Source: Bdellovibrionales bacterium (GTDB lineage Bacteria; Bdellovibrionota; Bdellovibrionia; Bdellovibrionales; DASUEL01). Taken from it: a stretch of 21,900 nt of DNA. The stretch spans positions 1-21,900 of the forward strand of contig JBFWOZ010000047.1 of the NCBI GenBank assembly GCA_050250255.1, given 5' to 3'. Position 1 is the first letter of the stretch. Each line of letters begins with the position of its first letter. A program made the position numbers and the translations under genes. The notes under the pieces are model-generated. The model made no database searches, was not told the origin of the DNA, and saw nothing but the letters and a program-made list of their open reading frames with translations. This document shows positions 15,937 to 21,900 of this stretch, piece by piece.

Positions 15937-16881
15937 ATGTATAAATTGGGCTTTTTTTTGGTGGGTTTCATGAGTTACTCGACGGCTTTTAGCCAATCTA
16001 CATCCCCCGCAATTGATCCCGGAAAATTCACTTTTGTTCGCTTGAAATGGACCCAAACACCAAGAATGTCTCAACATGAAAAGGAAATACACCATTGGAA
16101 TGTGGACGGACGTAACGCTGAAGACGGCCCCCAAAAAGGACTCTCCGCTGAACAATGTCTCCTGAGCACGATAGAAAAAGCGACCGATGGACTTGTTCGC
16201 GTAAATAAAACTCCACTGAGTCTTACCATTAAAGAATTCACCTCTCCCAAAAACACTTTTCCTTTTGCTTTCATGACGGAAGTGGGTTGGTTAGAGTTTC
16301 AACAAGAGGAAATCTCTCCCTTTAAAAACTGGCTCGATAAAGGCGGTTTTTTAATGGTCGATGACTTTCATGGTCCAATGTATGTAGGCGCGCCTAAAAA
16401 TGGAGAGTCTACTTATCACAACGAATGGAGACATTGGACAGGGCAACTCAAACGTCTCTATCCTGATCTTGATATCGATCAAAAACCTCTTCCCTATACT
16501 CCAGTTGCTTTTTATAGCGCACAGAAACGCCCTCGCGGGAAACGCGGTCCTCCAATTCTTATGGAGTTAACAAAAGAGCATCCCGTGTTCCACTCACTCT
16601 TCAGCTTTAAAGACATTCCTCACGTTTATGGATTGAATGCTTTGGAAGACGCGAAACATATGGAGTATGGCGGAGAACGACATACGGTTGTGGGCCTCTT
16701 CAGTCCTGAAGGACGACTCATGATTCTCATGAATTACAACATGGATGTCGGAGATGGCCTTGAAAGATGTGGCGAAGTTGACGTGAGTAAAGTCGCTGAG
16801 AAAAATCTCTACAATCTTTTACTTGTACCCGACGGATTACGCCTTGGAATGAACTACATTATTTATGCGCTTACTCATTAA
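15937..16881 (+). CDS. Exported DUF4159-domain protein
   Basis: Signal peptide; FTFVRLKW, PFAFMTEVG, WLDKGGFLMVDDFHG, HPVFHSLF, GRLMILMNYNMDVGDG, RLGMNYIIYALTH. Confidence 0.85.
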   Translation: MYKLGFFLVGFMSYSTAFSQSTSPAIDPGKFTFVRLKWTQTPRMSQHEKEIHHWNVDGRNAEDGPQKGLSAEQCLLSTIEKATDGLVRVNKTPLSLTIKEFTSPKNTFPFAFMTEVGWLEFQQEEISPFKNWLDKGGFLMVDDFHGPMYVGAPKNGESTYHNEWRHWTGQLKRLYPDLDIDQKPLPYTPVAFYSAQKRPRGKRGPPILMELTKEHPVFHSLFSFKDIPHVYGLNALEDAKHMEYGGERHTVVGLFSPEGRLMILMNYNMDVGDGLERCGEVDVSKVAEKNLYNLLLVPDGLRLGMNYIIYALTH

Positions 16882-17647
16882 AATCATTTTTCTGTGCAGC
16901 TTAAGTCTCTCTAGTTTTGCACAAACGCCAGATGCATTACCTACAAGCGTTGATTTGTATAAGCCCATTCAGCTTCCATTGGAAAAAGTGGTAACGGCAA
17001 TTCATGCTATCCAAAATCTTAAAGAGTTTCCTATTCTTGCTTATCTTCCAAGGCGTGGGGGAAATCCACCTCTTGCTAAAGACCAAAATTCCCAAATAGC
17101 CCAAATGATTCGAAAAAAATTTGATGATATGCAGAGTTTTCTTTTTAGAGGACAAACTCCTTTTGAACTTTATCTCTGTGAAGTGTGCGATTTAAAACCT
17201 AACATCTCTCGGTCGCTGATTCTCTATGTGGATGTGAACTTTGTGGAACAACACCTTCAGCGTCTCAATCCAGAGTTGATCGACCTCGACTTAGCACACG
17301 CATTTTCTCATTATTTAATTGAACTTTATATTTTGGAAGTCAATCGGCTGACTCCTGCAGGCAATCAGTCTGTCTACATTCCTGTGAGTCGTTCTAACGA
17401 CTTTGACTATGACGGCCAAGCCGTTCGTGAAGCCAATTATCATGCCGAAGTTGATATTTTTGCGGCTGGCCTGCTTCGACTTATGGGTAAACCCATTCCT
17501 GATTTTCAACCCGTCGTCGATCTCTACCGCGACACTCGCTTAACAAAAAGAGGGAAATTAGGAATTCCCCAATGGATCTACGCGGATCAAGAAACTCGCG
17601 TGAATACGCTTCGTTGGGCTCGAGACAACTGGATAAGCCACCCTTAA
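16865..17647 (+). CDS. Exported hypothetical protein, zincin/M48-like with degenerate HExxH (HAFSH)
   Basis: Signal peptide (…SSFA-Q); ILYVD...LAHAFSHY...HAEVDIFAAGLL; overlaps the DUF4159 gene by 17 nt. Confidence 0.65.
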   Translation: MRLLIKIIFLCSLSLSSFAQTPDALPTSVDLYKPIQLPLEKVVTAIHAIQNLKEFPILAYLPRRGGNPPLAKDQNSQIAQMIRKKFDDMQSFLFRGQTPFELYLCEVCDLKPNISRSLILYVDVNFVEQHLQRLNPELIDLDLAHAFSHYLIELYILEVNRLTPAGNQSVYIPVSRSNDFDYDGQAVREANYHAEVDIFAAGLLRLMGKPIPDFQPVVDLYRDTRLTKRGKLGIPQWIYADQETRVNTLRWARDNWISHP

Positions 17648-17762
17648 AACGCTTCCTTTTTGTACTCTAAGAAAATATTGCAAATCTTCCTACCCATTGC
17701 CACTTCCCCGTTGTAGAGAATGCTTTCTCATCGTTATTTAGAAGTCTCTTAGGGGGTTTTAT

Positions 17763-18323
17763 ATGTTGAAGGTTTTTGGATTCTTTTTTTGTACTCTCAC
17801 ACTTAGCGTTTCGGCCACTGCTAAAAATTTGCAGCTTATTGATAAAAGCGATACGGGATTTGCCATTTACCGTAGCGGCACTCCTAGCGCCAATGATCTT
17901 CGTCAAATGTGCTCACTTGGTATTACCGAAATTGCCGTTCTCTCTGGTGATGCGGATGTTGTAGAAAAAAAGCTGCAATCTCATTGTCCAACTTTGAAAG
18001 TCGTTTACAATGTAAGGCAAAATGCTCGGGTGACTCTCACAGCAAAGTTTATTGAGAGTTTCGATACTTGGGTTCAAGACGCACAGAAAAAAGGAAAGAA
18101 AATTGCTTTTCGTTGCTCTTGTGGGTGTCATCGCACAGGTCGTCTAGCAGCTTACTACCAAATGAAATATCAGAATAAAACATTTGCAGAAGCGATCCAA
18201 ATCATGAATCAATATGGAAAAATGATGTGGATGTTCCCGGAACTAAAACCCCAAGTACGGGGGATGTCGGATTACATTCACAAACAGCCTTGCGCCGTTC
18301 TTCCTCGCTTTTGCGTCCAGTAA
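17763..18323 (+). CDS. Exported protein-tyrosine/dual-specificity phosphatase-like protein
   Basis: Signal peptide; IYRSGTP; CX5R P-loop CSCGCHRTG; LAAYYQM...AEAIQIM. Confidence 0.8.
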   Translation: MLKVFGFFFCTLTLSVSATAKNLQLIDKSDTGFAIYRSGTPSANDLRQMCSLGITEIAVLSGDADVVEKKLQSHCPTLKVVYNVRQNARVTLTAKFIESFDTWVQDAQKKGKKIAFRCSCGCHRTGRLAAYYQMKYQNKTFAEAIQIMNQYGKMMWMFPELKPQVRGMSDYIHKQPCAVLPRFCVQ

Positions 18324-18332
18324 CCGAGCCGC

Positions 18333-19217
18333 ATGATTGCGACCGAAGAAAAGAAATATTCCAAGGTCTACATAGAAATTAGCAATATCTGCAATCTCCA
18401 ATGCAGTTTCTGCCCGGAAGTCATACGCACCAAAAAAATGATGGATCTTCCTCTTTTTGAAAAAGTGATCGACGAAGTCTCACCTCTGACAGACACCGTG
18501 GCCTTTCACTTGATGGGTGACCCACTCGTTCATCCAAAACTCCCTGAATTTGTAAATATCTGCGAAACAAAAAACATGCGCATCTTTTTTGTGACAAACG
18601 GAGTGCTTCTGCGCGAAGACAAGATGAACCTTTTGTTACGTTCGCCATTTCGACAGGTTAACTTTTCTCTTCATAGCTTTTTCGATAACTATCCTGATCG
18701 TGATCCAAAGGATTATTTAAAAAATATATTCGAATTTACCGAACGTGCTTTTCGGGAGCGCCCCGATCTCTACATTAATTATCGGTTGTGGAATCTCAAC
18801 GACGTAAAAGGTTCACTCACAAATAACTCACAAATGTTGCAAAACGTTTGTGAACATTTCCAAGTGCCATTACCCAAACAGGTTGATGTTCGTAACAAAA
18901 AAAGCATTTTACTTAAGAACCGACTCTACCTTCATTTTGACACAGAATTTATATGGCCGAGCCTCGATCTCCCCGTACTTGGAACTCAAGGCCGCTGTTA
19001 TGGGCTTTCTTCACATTTTGGCATATTGGTGGATGGAACTGTTGTGCCTTGTTGTCTTGATAAAGAAGCTGGAATTCCTTTAGGGAATTTAAAAGAACAA
19101 CCCATCCAAGACATTCTCATGCAGGCTCGAGCTCAAGAACTTTTAAAAGGATTTCGACAGAAAAAACTTGTCGAGAGCCTTTGCCAACGTTGCAATTATA
19201 TTGAGCGCTTTCAATAA
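18333..19217 (+). CDS. Radical SAM protein with SPASM/twitch domain
   Basis: CNLQCSFC, HLMGDP, TNG; C-terminal CYG...GTVVPCCLD...LGN...LCQRC. Confidence 0.92.
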   Translation: MIATEEKKYSKVYIEISNICNLQCSFCPEVIRTKKMMDLPLFEKVIDEVSPLTDTVAFHLMGDPLVHPKLPEFVNICETKNMRIFFVTNGVLLREDKMNLLLRSPFRQVNFSLHSFFDNYPDRDPKDYLKNIFEFTERAFRERPDLYINYRLWNLNDVKGSLTNNSQMLQNVCEHFQVPLPKQVDVRNKKSILLKNRLYLHFDTEFIWPSLDLPVLGTQGRCYGLSSHFGILVDGTVVPCCLDKEAGIPLGNLKEQPIQDILMQARAQELLKGFRQKKLVESLCQRCNYIERFQ

Positions 19218-19220
19218 CGC

Positions 19221-20213
19221 TTATGACATCGACGAAAATTCAACCGCACTATTATTTACGGGACGTTTAAAAAATTGCTCTATTTGAACTTGATCAAGAG
19301 CGTGTTTCGCTTGCTCAAAGAGCGGAGTCGCTTCAGGATAACCTTTTAAAAGAAGTCTCAACCATTGCTTCGTACGACCTACTACATATGCTTCTCCGAC
19401 TTCTCGGAGGGAATTTTCAATAAACTGCGGGAGGAGAACGGTTTGAACGTAAGACCAAGAATAAGGTGTATAGGACTGATTCAATAAATAGGCTCGAATC
19501 TGTAAAGCAAGATCAGGAGTCGCCATCGCGCTTCGTCCGAGAGCCACATTCTCACAACCTGAAACTTCGCGGCACTTGATGTAGTCCTCCACCGACCAAA
19601 TATCTCCGTTGGCAACGACCGGTACATTCACCACTTCTTTCATGCGTGCAATGCACTCCCAATGTGCAGGTGGCCTGTAACCTTCATCTCTTGTTCTCGC
19701 ATGAACTGTAAGCATTGTGGTCCCGGATTCATCCACCGCATGAGCAATTTCTAGTATGGAGTTTTTATCACTAAATCCTAATCGGACTTTAGCGGTCACC
19801 GGAGTAGTAGACGGTACCGCCTTACGTACGGCCGATAACACATCATAAAGGCGATGAGGATTTTTAAGTAAGGTCGCCCCGCCATCATGCCGATTGACCG
19901 TCTTCGCAGGGCAACCGAAGTTTAAATCTATCCCTGGAGCTCCTAATTGAACGGCTAAGGCCGCATTCTCAGCCAAGACCTCAGGTTTACCTCCGAGAAG
20001 CTGAATAAACACAGGCGTACCTTCGCGTGTCTTCCCACCCGTTTTTAATTCGGGACAAAATTTATAGAAAAGGGTGTCGGGAAGCGTTCGGTCAGTCACT
20101 CGTACAAATTCTGTGACGAAACGATCAAATCCACCGATTTGTGAATAGAGAGAGCGAGTGACATAATCGACGACCCCTTCCATAGGAGCCATCATAATAA
20201 AAGGTGAATTCAT
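19221..20213 (-). CDS. dusC: tRNA-dihydrouridine synthase, DusC-like
   Basis: APMEGV, TEFVRV, IDLNFGCPAKTVNRHDGGATLLK, KVRLG, VHARTR, ANGDIW, GR. Confidence 0.88.
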   Translation of the reverse strand: MNSPFIMMAPMEGVVDYVTRSLYSQIGGFDRFVTEFVRVTDRTLPDTLFYKFCPELKTGGKTREGTPVFIQLLGGKPEVLAENAALAVQLGAPGIDLNFGCPAKTVNRHDGGATLLKNPHRLYDVLSAVRKAVPSTTPVTAKVRLGFSDKNSILEIAHAVDESGTTMLTVHARTRDEGYRPPAHWECIARMKEVVNVPVVANGDIWSVEDYIKCREVSGCENVALGRSAMATPDLALQIRAYLLNQSYTPYSWSYVQTVLLPQFIENSLREVGEAYVVGRTKQWLRLLLKGYPEATPLFEQAKHALDQVQIEQFFKRPVNNSAVEFSSMS

Positions 20214-20224
20214 GGAAGACGTTC

Positions 20225-21271
20225 TTACTTCTCAGCTTCAATCCAGCTTGTCCAATCAGGAACAACCTCATCGACAAATGGAATAGATTTAGGGTGCGTA
20301 TCTTCGTTTCCAACCGCAAACCAAATTAATGGAGAGCGGAGTGGCTGAGCAAAGTTTGCTCTCTGCACAGCTCCTTTACAAAGCTCAAGAGCCGGCTTTC
20401 TCATATCCCACATAGAAACTGCAGCTTGAATCCCTGTACTTTGCTGAGGCCCACCACCGTGACAATAGAAGCAGTTACGTAGTTCCATAATAGGCAGCAC
20501 TTGCGCTTGGAACATTTCAGGCTTTTTACAATTTACAAGGGCCGTTGTTCCTTTAATAGCTGCAAATGAAAGACGTAACTTTGAACCCGACACGGGTGTT
20601 CCGATGAGGAGTTTCTCTGAAGAAAGAACCGCAGCGTCCACTGCTGCACCGATTGTTTGATCAACGCTCTTAAAACGCTGATTTGTTAATCTCTGAGCGT
20701 TCAGTTCAATTTCTAAATCACGTACATAGATTGCCACATTGTTAGCCGCACGAATGCGCGGGCGTCTAATAAGAATGGAATCCACCGTGTAAGCAGCAAT
20801 CTCCAGCTCTAACTTAGAACCTTGAAGTCCTGTTTGAACGGGCTGAAGTTGCGCTAAATCAAAGGTTAACTTTACGAAAGGACCTGGTTGTAGATCTGGA
20901 ATCACCACTTCTTGAGTGCGGATACGATTTTGAGGAAGATCCACTTCACCCTTGGCCCATTCGGTAATGAGTCGGGTCATCTCTCGACCGTCGGTCATAC
21001 AGTTGGTTAAACCACAATGACCGTTCTGACTTCTTTCGACGAGCTTAGAACTTGCGGGCATTTGGAAATTTGCAAAACGACGAGCCACTGGATACGCCTT
21101 TGTAAGATCAGCCACTGCAAAGAGCGGTGCCTGGCGAACACCATGACACTCACCACAGTTTCTAACCAAGAAAGGGAAGGCCGTTTGTTCGAAGGCCTTC
21201 ATCCCATCCTGTGCTTGAACCGAAACGCTCGCTAACCATGTCGTCATTAAAAGTTTTAGCAAAACTAACAT
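20225..21271 (-). CDS. Exported diheme c-type cytochrome of unknown function
   Basis: Signal peptide (…SVQA-QD); CGECH and CFYCH heme motifs; GHCGLTNC and THP segments; beta-rich middle domain. Confidence 0.8.
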   Translation of the reverse strand: MLVLLKLLMTTWLASVSVQAQDGMKAFEQTAFPFLVRNCGECHGVRQAPLFAVADLTKAYPVARRFANFQMPASSKLVERSQNGHCGLTNCMTDGREMTRLITEWAKGEVDLPQNRIRTQEVVIPDLQPGPFVKLTFDLAQLQPVQTGLQGSKLELEIAAYTVDSILIRRPRIRAANNVAIYVRDLEIELNAQRLTNQRFKSVDQTIGAAVDAAVLSSEKLLIGTPVSGSKLRLSFAAIKGTTALVNCKKPEMFQAQVLPIMELRNCFYCHGGGPQQSTGIQAAVSMWDMRKPALELCKGAVQRANFAQPLRSPLIWFAVGNEDTHPKSIPFVDEVVPDWTSWIEAEK

Positions 21272-21288
21272 ACGCTCTCGTCCTTTTG

Positions 21289-21900
21289 TTACGCGAACAA
21301 TAAAATTTCATCAAGACGTTCACGAGGAAACTTATCCGCAGGAACGTACTTAGTGAAATCACCTAATTTGCCCATAGCTTGCAAGTAGTTTGCAAAAACC
21401 GCATAGGCAACCAGCGAAGTATTACCACCAAAAAACACATCACGATCAGCACCTTGACCGTTCGTATAGTGACCGACCTGAAGTCGACGCATTTCTGGAG
21501 CACGTGTTGGATTATAGTACCCGAGAACAGTCATAGACTTATCACCGGCATCCCCCTGCCACATTCGTGATCCATCTCTTGAGTACACTCCACCATCCGT
21601 TAAGAGTTGAAATACAAACGGCTTCTTTAAACGGTGAGCAACTTCGATCGCGCGACCGATATACTGACCTGTTTCTAAATCCTTTGCATCACCAGTGGTT
21701 TGAGTGCCGTCATGATAATCACAGCCACCGATTCGGATACAACCAGGACCGGTATTTTTAACAATCGAATTAAGGATGACCGTCGCAACAATGGCGTTCG
21801 GCGCATTAGGAGCTGTTTGAGCGTTAATTCCAAAGATCGGTTGGCAAACTGGTGAGAGGCGCGGATCTACATCTCCACCCTTAGTGATAATGTCAGAATT
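21289..21900 (-). CDS. Partial gene (5' end beyond right edge): DUF1501-like/alkaline-phosphatase-superfamily-like protein of the family often auto-labelled 'general secretion pathway protein GspF'
   Basis: The frame of track ORF 21289..21588 stays open to 21900: ...GPGCIRIGGCDYHDGTQTTGDAKDLETGQYIGRAIEVAHRLKKPFVFQLLTDGGV...WQGDAG...FANYLQAMG. The family call is from memory of the GGxDYHxG/TDG motifs. Confidence 0.7.
   Translation of the reverse strand, partial: NSDIITKGGDVDPRLSPVCQPIFGINAQTAPNAPNAIVATVILNSIVKNTGPGCIRIGGCDYHDGTQTTGDAKDLETGQYIGRAIEVAHRLKKPFVFQLLTDGGVYSRDGSRMWQGDAGDKSMTVLGYYNPTRAPEMRRLQVGHYTNGQGADRDVFFGGNTSLVAYAVFANYLQAMGKLGDFTKYVPADKFPRERLDEILLFA

Noticed and set aside
18333..19217. 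Radical SAM/SPASM as a RiPP maturase
   Set aside because: No adjacent precursor peptide, RRE domain or transporter is visible.
10293..19223. Convergent gene pairs with 3-nt gaps and no terminator (10295/10299 and 19217/19221) as antisense regulation
   Set aside because: Common in compact genomes and explainable by Rho-dependent termination; no further support.
2027..21761. Numerous 60-125 aa track ORFs overlapping larger genes (e.g. 2027..2233, 4821..5096, 5152..5529, 7962..8228, 8717..8962, 15865..16155, 18421..18648, 21017..21235, 21567..21761)
   Set aside because: They are off-frame or antisense to well-supported CDSs and lack motifs.
21289..21900. Type II secretion GspF
   Set aside because: The visible 203 aa have no transmembrane helices or GspF motifs, and no gsp genes are nearby.

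Overview
Gene-dense bacterial chromosomal segment. By inference from gene content and promoter style it is probably from a Bdellovibrionota (Bdellovibrio-like) organism. I found no rRNA, tRNA, CRISPR array or mobile element. Left to right: (1) a minus-strand gene running off the left edge and missed by the ORF track, with an uncharacterised N-terminal domain plus a nucleoside-deoxyribosyltransferase (NDT)/TIR-like domain, a candidate anti-phage gene; (2) a PA2779-family small protein and PA2778-family C39-like peptidase/TPR pair, where the small gene has an in-frame TAA just after its signal peptide; (3) two glutathione S-transferases, a 3'-5' exonuclease and a lysine-rich SWIB protein; (4) an NhaR-like LysR regulator divergent from CsbD-like and possibly HPF-like genes; (5) an ACT protein and a general-stress cluster (membrane protein, SRPBCC, Zn-dependent dehydrogenase, SDR); (6) a run of exported proteins: serine hydrolase, CHAD-like protein, Arg-rich small protein, 718-aa lipoprotein, DUF4159, a zincin-like protein lacking its catalytic Glu, and a CX5R phosphatase; (7) radical SAM/SPASM and a Dus enzyme; (8) at the right edge, a diheme c-type cytochrome downstream of a truncated DUF1501-like gene. 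Six GG-N10-GC sigma54-type promoter motifs and one perfect sigma28 -10 box sit directly upstream of genes. All family assignments come from motif recognition by eye; no database search was run.
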